Below, one piece after another: positions 30,707 to 40,678 of a DNA stretch of 42,956 nucleotides (positions within the stretch are counted from its first letter, which is position 1; each line of letters starts with the position of its first letter). The position numbers and the translations under genes are program-made. The notes under the pieces are model-generated. The model was not told where the DNA came from. It searched no databases and saw only the letters and a list, made by a program, of their open reading frames with translations. The stretch is from a virus: the IMG/VR virus record IMGVR_UViG_3300045988_080709; one strand, written 5' to 3'.

Positions 30707-31168
30707 ATGGTAAATTTAGGCGGACTTGATGAAGAAGTAAATCAGGAAATCAGAGACGAAGAGCAGGAAGGGAAAATTACAGCTCTGGTGGAGAAAAAGC
30801 CCAAGAGACGGCCCTTTCATTACTGGAAAGTAGGAAACAGAGAATACAAACTGAAACTAATAACAGGCATGATTGAGAAGTTAGAGAATAAATATCGACA
30901 GAATATCCTTAATCTGGTTGCTGTAGATGGAATCCCGCCTTTATCAACTATGCTGACTGTCATTCAGGCAGCAATATATCCCTGGGAGCATGGCATCAGC
31001 TACAATGACATCAAAGCTATGTATGATCGCTGGGTCGAAGAAGGCGGTAACCAAATGGAATTTTACACCAATGTACTAATGCCTACACTGGCAGTATCCG
31101 GTTTTTTTACGCAGCAACAGGCGGAGTCAATGATGGAGAGCCTGGAAAATATGGACGAATTGCTTTAA
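30707..31168 (+). CDS. Tail assembly chaperone (G-like)
   Basis: 153 aa, between the tube and tape-measure genes, containing the slippery site at 31102-31108. Confidence 0.85.
   Translation: MVNLGGLDEEVNQEIRDEEQEGKITALVEKKPKRRPFHYWKVGNREYKLKLITGMIEKLENKYRQNILNLVAVDGIPPLSTMLTVIQAAIYPWEHGISYNDIKAMYDRWVEEGGNQMEFYTNVLMPTLAVSGFFTQQQAESMMESLENMDELL
31102..31108 (+). promoter_or_regulatory. Programmed -1 frameshift heptamer T TTT TTT
   Basis: The zero frame reads GGT TTT TTT ACG, so the heptamer is in X XXY YYZ phase. The -1 frame is open from 31108 (TAC GCA GCA ...) through 31533. Confidence 0.7.
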
Positions 31169-31533
31169 CAAAAACATATGACTTGCAGGAACTGTATGAA
31201 CAAGCTCTTGACTGTGATATATCACCCGAAGAGTTTTGGGGTTATTCGCCAAATGAGATATCTGACATTATAGAAAGTTACTTTAGAAAGAAGAGCCGCG
31301 ATATTAAATGGCAGGTGACTCATGACTTCATCATTGCCGAGGTTGAAGCCAGATATATGTTTGGTAAAAAAGAGCAAGACACACCACACCCGTGGGATTA
31401 CTACGACGAACTGTTCGCAGAAGATAAGATTAAGTATGAAAAGCAGAAGGAACAAAAGGCGTTTGAAGATTATAAAGAGAAACGTAGGCTTTATGTAGAA
31501 GCATTTAACAAACGTAGGAGGCAGGGAACATAA
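31108..31533 (+). CDS. -1 frame extension giving the GT-like chaperone fusion (30707-31108 joined to 31108-31533)
   Basis: Checked codon by codon: there is no stop in the -1 frame between 31108 and track ORF 31183-31533, which has only a TTG start and no RBS. Confidence 0.65.
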   Translation, partial: YAATGGVNDGEPGKYGRIALTKTYDLQELYEQALDCDISPEEFWGYSPNEISDIIESYFRKKSRDIKWQVTHDFIIAEVEARYMFGKKEQDTPHPWDYYDELFAEDKIKYEKQKEQKAFEDYKEKRRLYVEAFNKRRRQGT

Positions 31534-31571
31534 CCCCTGCCTCCTATTTATTTAAGGGAGGAGGTGAATGT

Positions 31572-34500
31572 GTGGGAGATACGTTAGAAACGTTGAAAGT
31601 CCAAATAGAAGGCAATGCAGAGCCATATAAGAAGTCATTGAAAGATGCCAAAACCGCTACAAATCAAACTGCTAGTTCGATAGATCAGGACCTTAAGAAG
31701 TTCAAGAACCCTCTTGCGGGAATAAGCAACTCCGGAGCTATGAAGAAGATACAGGAGTTGCAGAACGGAATCAAGAAAGCTATATCAACGGCTACGGGGG
31801 GATTTAAAGGCAAAATGAAGGACTTCCAATTAAGTTCTGGTATAAAAGTCAAGTCAGATGACTTCAAGGCAGTAGAAAGCGATATAGAGAAGACAAATGC
31901 CAAGCTTGACTCTTACTATGAGAAAAGGGACAGGTTGGAAGAATTGGGCACAGACAAGGAGAGCCGGACCTGGAAGGCATTGGAATATGATATAAAAAAT
32001 GCAGAAGAAGCTCTGTCAAGATACAACAAGAAGCGTGATAACATGGCTAAGAACGGTTCCGATGTGCAGAGGCCAGTGACCATTCCAAAACAGTTTGGCA
32101 ACCTATTCAAAACAATAGGTTCCAAAGGCTGGGGCGGGATCAAGAAGATTATGGGAGGCTTACGGTCGACATTTTCTAAGATAACACCTGTGATTAAGAA
32201 GGCAGGTGGTGCGTTTTCAGCTCTCATACAGAAGTTTGCGACAGGTATCCCGGGCATTAATCGATTAAATAACTCAATGAAACGTACCAGTAATACCGGT
32301 AGCCGTATGGGCGGTATATTCAGGACATTGGGAATGACGGCAAGGTTTATGTTTGCTTCATTTCTGATCAGAGGCGCTCTGGATGGCGCTAAAGAGGGGA
32401 TGCAGAACCTCGCGCAGTATAGTGGCACAACGAATGCAAGCCTTTCTATGTTGATGTCCTCTTTAACACAGCTTAAGAACGCTCTGGCTACAGCATTTGC
32501 ACCAATACTTAACGCAGTAGCGCCACTATTGAATACCATGATCCAGAAAGTTACACAGGCTGTGTCAGCACTTGGCATGTTATTCGCATCACTTACGGGA
32601 CAGAAAACATTCACTGCAGCCAAGAAAGTAAATCAGGACTATGCAGCAAGTCTGAATAATAATGCAGAGCAGGCTAAGAAGGCAAACAAAGAGAACCAGA
32701 AGCTACAAAAGACACTACTTGGATTTGATCAGATTAATAAGCTCGATGACCAGTCAGGTTCAAATGATACGGAGGCAGAGAATCCGGCAGGGCTTACACC
32801 CGCTGATATGTTCGAGGAAGTCCCTATCCTTAATAGTATTAGTGATTTTGCTAATAAAGTTAAAGAGGCATGGCGTAACGCAGACTTCACAGAGATAGGC
32901 CAAATCGTTGGCAACAAGCTCAATAAGGCATTAGAAAGCATACCGTGGGACAATATAAGGAACACACTGAATAAGGTCGCCAAAAGCGTTGCAACGTTCT
33001 TAAACGGCTTTATAGAGGCAGTAGACTGGAAGCTGGTAGGTGCCACACTATCAAAAGGTGTGAACACAGTATTTGAAGCGGCAAACACATTCGCTAAAAA
33101 CTTCCACTGGGGATCTCTTGGTATCGCTGTAAGCAATGGTATAAACGGTGCAATTAATAAGCTTGATTGGGACCTTATCAAAGAGACGGTACACAACGTG
33201 GCATCCGGATTGATAGATGCACTCAACAACTTCATTGCTAACGCAGAGTGGGAGAAGATAGGTAAGACCATCACAGAGTACTTCAATGCGAAGCTTGAGT
33301 TCTTCTACACAGCAGTAACGGAGTTCAAGTGGAAAGAGCTAGGTCAGTCCATAGGTGATATGCTGAATGGGGCTATCAAAGCCGCAGACTTCAAGAAAGC
33401 TGGTACATCACTGGGTAGAGCAGTAGCAGGTGTTGTGTCCATGATAAGAGAGACAGTTAAGAAGACTAAATGGAATAAGCTTGCAAAAGACCTGGCTAAT
33501 GGACTGAATACAGCAGTGAAGGAGATAGACCTACCATCCATCGGGGATGGCTTGGCTGAGGTTGTAAACTCTGCACTGTCAATGCTCAAGAAGTTCATCA
33601 AAACATTCGATTGGAAGACACTCGGTAAAGAGATCGCAACAGGTGTAAGCAATGCAATCACTGGAATCAAGTGGGAGGACGTATGGAAGACCCTCTCAGA
33701 TGCCGTAAAGGGCATTTTAGACTTCCTAATCGGGCTCGTGCAGGGTATTGACTGGAAGGAGCTCGGAAAGACGATTATAAAGGCTGTTTTGGACTTCTTT
33801 ACAAAGACAGACTGGGGAGACATACTCAAGAAGATCGGCGAGTTAGGGTTAGCGATTGTACAGGGACTCCTGGAAGGTATACTGAGTGGAGTGAAGGAGA
33901 TAGGCGAGTGGCTGAAGGAAAATTTGGTTGACCCTATCGTCAACAAGGTAAAGGAGTTTTTCGGTATTCATAGCCCGAGTACAGTGTTTGCAGATATCGG
34001 GTCACAATTGATGGCAGGTATGCTCGGCGGTCTTGTGGACAGCGTTACGAGCGTTATAGCATGGTTTAAGGACCTTCCAGGCAAGATTAAGGAAGCTCTT
34101 GGCAATGCGAAAGAGTGGCTGAAGCAGAAAGGTAAAGACGCAATCGAGGGATTAAAGAATGGTTGGGAGTCTGTGAAGGAATCAAAGCTTGGTAAGACAG
34201 TGAGTGCTGTTGGCAAGTATGTGAAAGACAAAGCAGGAGATGCTAAGGCATGGGTCAAAGAGAAGGGTTCTGCAGCAATAGAGGGTATTAGGAACGGGTG
34301 GGAATCTGTCAAGGATATGTCACTCGGTAATGCAGTATCAAAGATTGGCGGATATGTGAATACCAAAATTGGTAATATCAAATCCGCTGTCACGAACAAA
34401 GGTAAGGACATCATAGAGGGTGTTAAAAACGGATATGAGAACAGCAAGCAGAGCGGACTGCTCCAGAAGGTATCAAGTCTGAAAGAAAACGTATTCTCAG

Positions 34501-35102
34501 CGATTGGCAACGTATCCTCAAAGGTAAAGAGTAAGGGATCTGATATCGTTTCAGGTATTAAAGGTGGTTTTGAATCAAAGAAAAATACGTTGCAGCGCTC
34601 TGTATCCACAATTCCTAATATGATTGCATCCGGTATTGGGAACTTATTCAGTATAGGTAGAGACGCCATTTCATCTTTTGCGGATGGATTCTTGTCTATA
34701 GATATTCCGTTACCTCATATTAAGACATCATGGAACAGGCACTATATTGGAAATACAAGTTTTTCAACACCAAGTTTTGGTATTAGCTGGTATGAAAAGG
34801 GTGGATTCCCAGGCATGGGTGAGATGTTCATAGCGAGAGAGAACGGGCCTGAGCTTGTTGGAAAGATGGGTAACCATACAGCCGTAGCAAACAATAATCA
34901 GATTGTTGAGGGTATTGAATCGGGAGTGTTTAGGGCTGTAATGGATGCTTTCAATGCATCTGGATATTTAGGGAAATCTAACAATGAAAACCCTGTATAT
35001 ATTGAATTCACAATGAAATGCGGGGAAGAAACTCTATATCGTTCACTAAAAAAAGGTGAAGAGAAATATAATGGAAGATTTATGGTACTTGAAACAGTAT
35101 AG
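31572..35102 (+). CDS. Tape measure protein
   Basis: 1176 aa, GTG start after GGGAGGAGG. It has hydrophobic central segments and many ...W..LG/...DW..I repeats. Confidence 0.93.
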   Translation: MGDTLETLKVQIEGNAEPYKKSLKDAKTATNQTASSIDQDLKKFKNPLAGISNSGAMKKIQELQNGIKKAISTATGGFKGKMKDFQLSSGIKVKSDDFKAVESDIEKTNAKLDSYYEKRDRLEELGTDKESRTWKALEYDIKNAEEALSRYNKKRDNMAKNGSDVQRPVTIPKQFGNLFKTIGSKGWGGIKKIMGGLRSTFSKITPVIKKAGGAFSALIQKFATGIPGINRLNNSMKRTSNTGSRMGGIFRTLGMTARFMFASFLIRGALDGAKEGMQNLAQYSGTTNASLSMLMSSLTQLKNALATAFAPILNAVAPLLNTMIQKVTQAVSALGMLFASLTGQKTFTAAKKVNQDYAASLNNNAEQAKKANKENQKLQKTLLGFDQINKLDDQSGSNDTEAENPAGLTPADMFEEVPILNSISDFANKVKEAWRNADFTEIGQIVGNKLNKALESIPWDNIRNTLNKVAKSVATFLNGFIEAVDWKLVGATLSKGVNTVFEAANTFAKNFHWGSLGIAVSNGINGAINKLDWDLIKETVHNVASGLIDALNNFIANAEWEKIGKTITEYFNAKLEFFYTAVTEFKWKELGQSIGDMLNGAIKAADFKKAGTSLGRAVAGVVSMIRETVKKTKWNKLAKDLANGLNTAVKEIDLPSIGDGLAEVVNSALSMLKKFIKTFDWKTLGKEIATGVSNAITGIKWEDVWKTLSDAVKGILDFLIGLVQGIDWKELGKTIIKAVLDFFTKTDWGDILKKIGELGLAIVQGLLEGILSGVKEIGEWLKENLVDPIVNKVKEFFGIHSPSTVFADIGSQLMAGMLGGLVDSVTSVIAWFKDLPGKIKEALGNAKEWLKQKGKDAIEGLKNGWESVKESKLGKTVSAVGKYVKDKAGDAKAWVKEKGSAAIEGIRNGWESVKDMSLGNAVSKIGGYVNTKIGNIKSAVTNKGKDIIEGVKNGYENSKQSGLLQKVSSLKENVFSAIGNVSSKVKSKGSDIVSGIKGGFESKKNTLQRSVSTIPNMIASGIGNLFSIGRDAISSFADGFLSIDIPLPHIKTSWNRHYIGNTSFSTPSFGISWYEKGGFPGMGEMFIARENGPELVGKMGNHTAVANNNQIVEGIESGVFRAVMDAFNASGYLGKSNNENPVYIEFTMKCGEETLYRSLKKGEEKYNGRFMVLETV

Positions 35103-35111
35103 GAGTGGCGT

Positions 35112-35471
35112 ATGGATGAACTGATTTTAGTTGACGGACGGGCATTCAAATGCCCTTCCGGTTTTAAATGGAAGAAACAAGATGTGAGTTCAAGCCAAGC
35201 AGGTAGAACAGACGACGCTATTATGCATAAAAACAGAGTGGCAAAGAAAAGAGCGCTGTCTCTTACCTGGACTTGCTTGACGAAGAGAGAGATACACGAG
35301 ATACTCGTAGCATTTGACCCCGAATATGTGAACGTCACATATTGGGACCCCCTTGATGGAGGCGATGTAACAAAGACATTTTATACAGGAGATATGGAAG
35401 CAGATGTCAAGTGGTGGGCAAAAGGAAGGGAAAGATATTCTACGTTAAGTTTTGATGTGATAGAGAGGTAA
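35112..35471 (+). CDS. Distal tail protein-like (small Dit)
   Basis: 119 aa, between the tape-measure and Tal genes. Confidence 0.7.
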   Translation: MDELILVDGRAFKCPSGFKWKKQDVSSSQAGRTDDAIMHKNRVAKKRALSLTWTCLTKREIHEILVAFDPEYVNVTYWDPLDGGDVTKTFYTGDMEADVKWWAKGRERYSTLSFDVIER

Positions 35472-35475
35472 CCAA

Positions 35476-38400
35476 ATGCAAAAGGTATCAGTGGATTTTA
35501 TCAAAGAGCTCAATAAAGATAATAGAAATTATATATTGAGTTGCAAAATTGTTCTATCTGATAATACAGAACTAGATATTGATAATACAAAACTATGGTC
35601 GGATAGTTTTAAAATAGAGGATGCCGTTTCTAATCCTGGTAAATTTGATATTGGTGCAGTTGTCTCAAATAAGTTAACATTTACTTTGAGCGATATATAC
35701 GATGAATATACAGAGTATGACTTTACTGACGCCGTGATAACAAATGTTCGCGTTGGACTCGAACTGCCGGATGGAACAGAAGAGTATGTGAAAAAGGGAG
35801 AATATACTGTAGACGAAACATCGTATAACGTTTCTTTGATCACACTTGAATGTCTGGATAACATGGCAAAGTTTGATGTATCGTACGGCAAGAGCAAGTT
35901 AGTATATCCTGCAACGATTGGGACCATAGTACGGGATGCTTGCTCTATATGTGGAGTAATGTTAGGAACATATGAGTTCCCAAATCATGCTTACATTGTC
36001 CAAGAAAGGCCAGCCGACGAAGCCCTGACTTTCCGACAGGTACTTAATTGGTGCGCACAGATTGCAGGTTGCTTTGCCCGGTGTAATGCGGAGGGAAAGT
36101 TAGAGATCAAATGGTTTCAGACAGGTTTCCTGGAAGACGAACTGAACGGCGGCGTGTATGATGATGGAACTCCAAAATTCCAGACAGGCGATAACGCGGA
36201 TGGCGGGTCCTATGCGCCGTGGAGCGAAGGCGACGTACACAGCGGAGGGACGTTCAAGGATTTATTGTCCAGTCATCATTTCATATCATACACAAGCCCT
36301 GAGATATCCACTGATGATGTTGTAATAACTGGCATTCTGGTGAAGGAGTATTCACCGGATGTCAATAAGGACGAGGTTGTACCATATCTCACAGGTACAG
36401 AAGGATATGTGCTATCAATAGAAGAAAACAGGTTTATACCGCCGGGGAGAGGCCAGGAGGTTGCAGCATATTTAGGAAGTCGATTGATTGGGCTGCGCTT
36501 CAGGCCTCTTTCTTTTTCCTGTCTGAGTGATCCGACCATTGAAGCTGGTGACGTGGGTTTCTTCACTGACCGAAAATGTAAGACATATAAGTTTTTGGTA
36601 ACGAACACAGTATTCTCTTCCGGAAATTATCAAACAGTAACTTGCGACGCGCAGACCCCGGCCAGGAATAAAGCTACAAGATATTCCGCCGCAACACAGG
36701 CTTATGTAGAATTAAGGAAACAGATCCGCAAGGAGAGGACAGAACGGGAGAAGGCCCTGGAAGAATTGGGCAACCGGTTAGCTGCATCCTCCGGACTCTA
36801 TACAACTATAGAAACAGTGGAGCCTGGAGGCAATATCTTTTACCTGCATGACAGGCCAAATCTGAAGGATTCCAGCATTGTGTGGAAGATGAACGCAGAA
36901 GCCTGGGGCGTATCCACAGACGGAGGGAAGAACTGGAATGGTGGGATGACGGTTGATGGTGACGCGATTGTAAGGATATTGACCGCTATAGGAGTGAATG
37001 CCTCATGGATTGATACAGGTCGCATATCGGTGAAGGATAATGATGGAAATGTAATATTCCTGGTTGATATGGACACAAGGGAGATTGTAATCTCAGGTGA
37101 TTGCGTCCGTATCGGTGGCAAGTCAGTTGCAAAGGCAATCGAGGAAGCGAATACCACAGCAAACAAAGCTCTGCAGGAAGCAGAGAAAATGAGGGCTTTA
37201 AATATCCAACTTGAAAACGATGCTCATGTAATTCCCACGGACTCCGACGGTGATAACGGGAAGTATACAGGGTGCGACACTACGGTATATGTGTTATGGG
37301 GGCAGACGGATATATCTGCCGATGTACCTATCATTGTGTCAAAAAGTGCTGGTGTTGTTGGTACATGGAGCGCTGATACCAGAAAGTATACCGTAACAAA
37401 CATGACAACCGATGCCGGATATGTCGATTTTAAGGTTAGATACATGGAAATCACCGCAACCAAACGCTTCAGTATCTCCAAGAATAAGCAAGGAGAGCGA
37501 GGGGAGCAAGGCATCCAGGGAATCCCGGGTAGAGATGGAGGGGACGGTGCCGACGGGAGAACAAGTTATTTTCATGTGATGTATGCCCCTGTTGATAATC
37601 CTACAGCATCCCAGATGACAAAGGAACCGGATGCCTATATCGGAACCTACGTTGATTTTTCAGAAACAGATTCCAGGGATCCGCTGGTATATGACTGGGT
37701 GAAGATAGAAGGCGTCGATGGAAAAGACGGGACAAACGGTATTCCAGGTAAAAATGGTATAGACGGAAAGACTTCCTATCTCCATATAAAGTATTCAGAT
37801 GACGGAAGTACATTTACCGGCAATGGCGGGGAAGACCCTGGGAAGTGGATGGGACAGTATGTGGACTTCACCCAGGCAGACAGCACGGTATTTTCTGATT
37901 ACACTTGGACAAAAGTTCAGGGGCCGCAGGGAATACAAGGACCTAAAGGGGCAGACGGAAAACAGTATTATACCTGGCTGAAGTATGCAGACACTCCTAC
38001 AAGCGGCATGAGTGATACGCCCACAGGTAAAGCTTACATTGGTCTGGCTTATAACAAGGAGACTGCAACAGAGAGTAATAATTATTCCGATTACACATGG
38101 TCCCTTGTCAAAGGTGAGAAGGGAGACACAGGTATATCTGGCCCTAAGGGGGCAGATGGGAAAACATATTACACATGGCTGAAATATGCTGATAACAGTT
38201 CAGGCAGCGGTATGAGTGACAGCCCGGAAGGAAAAGCATATATTGGGCTTGCATACAACAAAGATACAGAGGCAGAAAGTAATAATCCGGCAGATTATGT
38301 GTGGTCTCTGATAAAAGGCGATAAGGGAGATAAAGGAGATCAGGGGATTCAGGGTCCGATTGGTCCCTCCGGTAAATCGTCTTATTTTTTTGTCCGGTAT

Positions 38401-40203
38401 TCACAGCATTCTGACGGTAATCCAATGGTCACAAACCCGGATGGCGCGGTTTATATGGGCGTGGCAGTCACAGATACAATCACAGCGCCTACATCGTTCA
38501 AAAGTTATACCTGGGCTAAAATACTGGGAGATGATGGCGCACCCGGAGCACAGGGAGAGAAAGGTACACCCGGAGCAAAAGGAGAGGATGGTCTGACACC
38601 GTACCTGCATATCAAATACTCCAACGACGGGAAAACATTTACAGCGAACATTGGAGAGACACCAGGAGCCTGGATGGGTACCTATGTGGATTTTACAGAG
38701 ACCGATTCTTCTATATTTTCCACGTATGCCTGGAAAAAGATTGAAGGTGACAAAGGCGAACCTGGTATTGCCGGGAGAACATATTTTATTGATGCGTCAA
38801 CTGTGATCATTAAAAAAGGTCAGAATGGACATATGTCACCTACTTCTGCCACTTTCAGTGCATATTACCGGGACGGCGATAGCTCAGAGAGAACTCCGTA
38901 TTATGGTAGATTCATAATTTCCGAAAGCATAGATGGCGATATCTGGGAAGCCAAATATACATCTGAAATAGATGAAATCAGCAAGGAATATGTGCCTACA
39001 GAGACCGCTACTGCAGTGAAGTGTGTTTTATATGCCCCCGGCGGTACACAGACTGAAATAGACCAGCAAACAGTGTCTATAGTGGTTGATGTATCAAATC
39101 TTACACAGGAGATAATCTTTGATACTCTGACAAATAATGGAGAGAATCAAGGGGTATACCTGAAGGATGGAAAGATTTATATAAACATGACCTATGCAAA
39201 AGGTGGAACACTGGTACTTGGAGGGCTGAATGACACTAACGGGCTCTTACAGGTAAGAGATGAATCGGATCAGGAAATAGGACACTGGGGAAGTGATGGA
39301 GTTGTAATTGAAAAAGGCTCTTTTACTACAAAAACCGATACATCTACAGCCAGTGTTAAAGGCGGAAAGATGCGGGTGTCATTTCAGGATGTAGAAATTG
39401 GAAATATAGGCGCGAACAGGTTTATAAATGGGGATCAATACTCCGGCCTTGTGTTTGATCTGGAGGCTGAAGGGTCATATGTGGGGTGGGCAGCCAAAAA
39501 CAAAAGCACTGATACCTCTTACGCCATAAAATTTATGTATATGCATAAAAATTATTCGGGTTATACAGCGGGTAATTTGTATTTAGGGGCAAAACTTAAT
39601 ACAAAAGGGAACGATGTTTTATTAAATACAGGAGGAATCCTAAAATCCTGGACCGATGCGTCAGGATTTAAAACAGATGAGTTTTCGATTGTACCTTCCA
39701 GTAGTAATACATCATATTTCACGGCAAGGCCATCAGAGATTGACTGTTATGCCGATTTAGATATGAACAGACATAGCATTTATAACCAATCTGATGCGAG
39801 ACTGAAAGATAATATCACAGATGCGGCAAGTGCATTAAATGCAATTAACAGTATTAAGATTAAATCTTTTGACTGGCTGGCCGACAATCGGCACGTAAAT
39901 GCCGGTATCATAGCTCAACAGCTCCAGCAAGTTTTACCAGAACTGGTCCGCGAGGATGAGCAGGGTCTGCTTAGTGTAAACTATATCGGACTCATCCCGT
40001 ATTTAGTTAAAGCAATACAGGAGTTGCGTTCCGCAGTCGTTCCGGACAAACGCATGAGTTTAAGGAGTATGGACATGGTAGAAGATATTCGATCCCTTTA
40101 TAATTTTACCGAGGAGGAGAGAAATGAGGCCGTAAAAAGGGCGGAGCCGCCAACGTTTGAGGACGTGAAACCAGAAAACATAATTATAGAGGAGAATATT
40201 TGA
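35476..40203 (+). CDS. Tail-associated protein / tail fibre with collagen-like repeats and a C-terminal S74 intramolecular chaperone
   Basis: 1575 aa. Tal-like N-terminus. Seven G-x-y runs. C-terminus SDARLKDNI...IKSFDWLADNRHVNAGIIAQQLQQVLPELV...LLSVNYIGLIPYLVKAIQEL is the S74 pattern. Confidence 0.92.
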   Translation: MQKVSVDFIKELNKDNRNYILSCKIVLSDNTELDIDNTKLWSDSFKIEDAVSNPGKFDIGAVVSNKLTFTLSDIYDEYTEYDFTDAVITNVRVGLELPDGTEEYVKKGEYTVDETSYNVSLITLECLDNMAKFDVSYGKSKLVYPATIGTIVRDACSICGVMLGTYEFPNHAYIVQERPADEALTFRQVLNWCAQIAGCFARCNAEGKLEIKWFQTGFLEDELNGGVYDDGTPKFQTGDNADGGSYAPWSEGDVHSGGTFKDLLSSHHFISYTSPEISTDDVVITGILVKEYSPDVNKDEVVPYLTGTEGYVLSIEENRFIPPGRGQEVAAYLGSRLIGLRFRPLSFSCLSDPTIEAGDVGFFTDRKCKTYKFLVTNTVFSSGNYQTVTCDAQTPARNKATRYSAATQAYVELRKQIRKERTEREKALEELGNRLAASSGLYTTIETVEPGGNIFYLHDRPNLKDSSIVWKMNAEAWGVSTDGGKNWNGGMTVDGDAIVRILTAIGVNASWIDTGRISVKDNDGNVIFLVDMDTREIVISGDCVRIGGKSVAKAIEEANTTANKALQEAEKMRALNIQLENDAHVIPTDSDGDNGKYTGCDTTVYVLWGQTDISADVPIIVSKSAGVVGTWSADTRKYTVTNMTTDAGYVDFKVRYMEITATKRFSISKNKQGERGEQGIQGIPGRDGGDGADGRTSYFHVMYAPVDNPTASQMTKEPDAYIGTYVDFSETDSRDPLVYDWVKIEGVDGKDGTNGIPGKNGIDGKTSYLHIKYSDDGSTFTGNGGEDPGKWMGQYVDFTQADSTVFSDYTWTKVQGPQGIQGPKGADGKQYYTWLKYADTPTSGMSDTPTGKAYIGLAYNKETATESNNYSDYTWSLVKGEKGDTGISGPKGADGKTYYTWLKYADNSSGSGMSDSPEGKAYIGLAYNKDTEAESNNPADYVWSLIKGDKGDKGDQGIQGPIGPSGKSSYFFVRYSQHSDGNPMVTNPDGAVYMGVAVTDTITAPTSFKSYTWAKILGDDGAPGAQGEKGTPGAKGEDGLTPYLHIKYSNDGKTFTANIGETPGAWMGTYVDFTETDSSIFSTYAWKKIEGDKGEPGIAGRTYFIDASTVIIKKGQNGHMSPTSATFSAYYRDGDSSERTPYYGRFIISESIDGDIWEAKYTSEIDEISKEYVPTETATAVKCVLYAPGGTQTEIDQQTVSIVVDVSNLTQEIIFDTLTNNGENQGVYLKDGKIYINMTYAKGGTLVLGGLNDTNGLLQVRDESDQEIGHWGSDGVVIEKGSFTTKTDTSTASVKGGKMRVSFQDVEIGNIGANRFINGDQYSGLVFDLEAEGSYVGWAAKNKSTDTSYAIKFMYMHKNYSGYTAGNLYLGAKLNTKGNDVLLNTGGILKSWTDASGFKTDEFSIVPSSSNTSYFTARPSEIDCYADLDMNRHSIYNQSDARLKDNITDAASALNAINSIKIKSFDWLADNRHVNAGIIAQQLQQVLPELVREDEQGLLSVNYIGLIPYLVKAIQELRSAVVPDKRMSLRSMDMVEDIRSLYNFTEEERNEAVKRAEPPTFEDVKPENIIIEENI
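37492..38778 (+). repeat. Six tandem modules (collagen-like G-x-y run plus a ~50-aa beta module) inside the fibre gene
   Basis: GERGEQGIQGIPGRDGGDGADG, GKDGTNGIPGKNGIDG, GPQGIQGPKGADG, GEKGDTGISGPKGADG, GDKGDKGDQGIQGPIGPSG and GAPGAQGEKGTPGAKGEDG are each followed by (S/Y)Y(L/F/T)(H/W)(I/V/L)(K/M/R)Y...Y.W.K(I/V).G. A seventh run, GDKGEPGIAG, closes the block. Confidence 0.9.
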
Positions 40204-40499
40204 TGGGAGAGAAAGAACTGAAAAAGACGCCAGTAGTCGTGCCTGTAGGAATGATGATGGATGTCATCCAGAATGAAATCCTTAACCACGCTATTGCTCT
40301 TATGAAGAATAATAATGTCCCAATGGAATTGCTGCCTTATATATTAGACAGTGTCGAGAATAAGTTACTGAAAAACAACAACAAGGACTATGCGATTAAA
40401 TACATGGAAGCAAATGGATTGTTGGGAAATGAGGTGGTGAAAGACGGAACCAATAATAACATTTCGTGTGGAGAACCAGAAGATAAGCAGAACGGATAA
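40200..40499 (+). CDS. Hypothetical protein
   Basis: ATGA overlap with the fibre stop; 99 aa. Confidence 0.65.
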   Translation: MMGEKELKKTPVVVPVGMMMDVIQNEILNHAIALMKNNNVPMELLPYILDSVENKLLKNNNKDYAIKYMEANGLLGNEVVKDGTNNNISCGEPEDKQNG

Positions 40500-40623
40500 A
40501 TTTACGGTAGTAGCAAACAGCTATGATTATCTCCGGGCGCACTTTACATTTGTGACAGAAGAGTGGCGAGGGATAAAGACAGCTATTTTTAGGCGCGGCA
40601 CCACTAAAACTGGCAATCCTTGA
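40468..40623 (+). CDS. 5' segment of a split ORF (frame A)
   Basis: Open from 40441; the only start candidate is GTG 40468. Protein-like ...KFTVVANSYDYLRAHFTFVTEEWRGIKTAIFRRGTTK. Ends at TGA 40621-40623. Confidence 0.35.
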   Translation: MENQKISRTDKFTVVANSYDYLRAHFTFVTEEWRGIKTAIFRRGTTKTGNP

Positions 40624-40678
40624 CAATGACGAATGCTATGTACCCTGGGAGTTTTTAAATGGAAAAGGCATTGGTTAC

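Noticed and set aside
31916-34669. Four long minus-strand ORFs (185-235 aa) inside the tape measure gene
   Set aside because: They are antisense shadows of a single uninterrupted 1176-aa CDS, with low-complexity Ser/Pro/Leu-rich translations and no RBSs.
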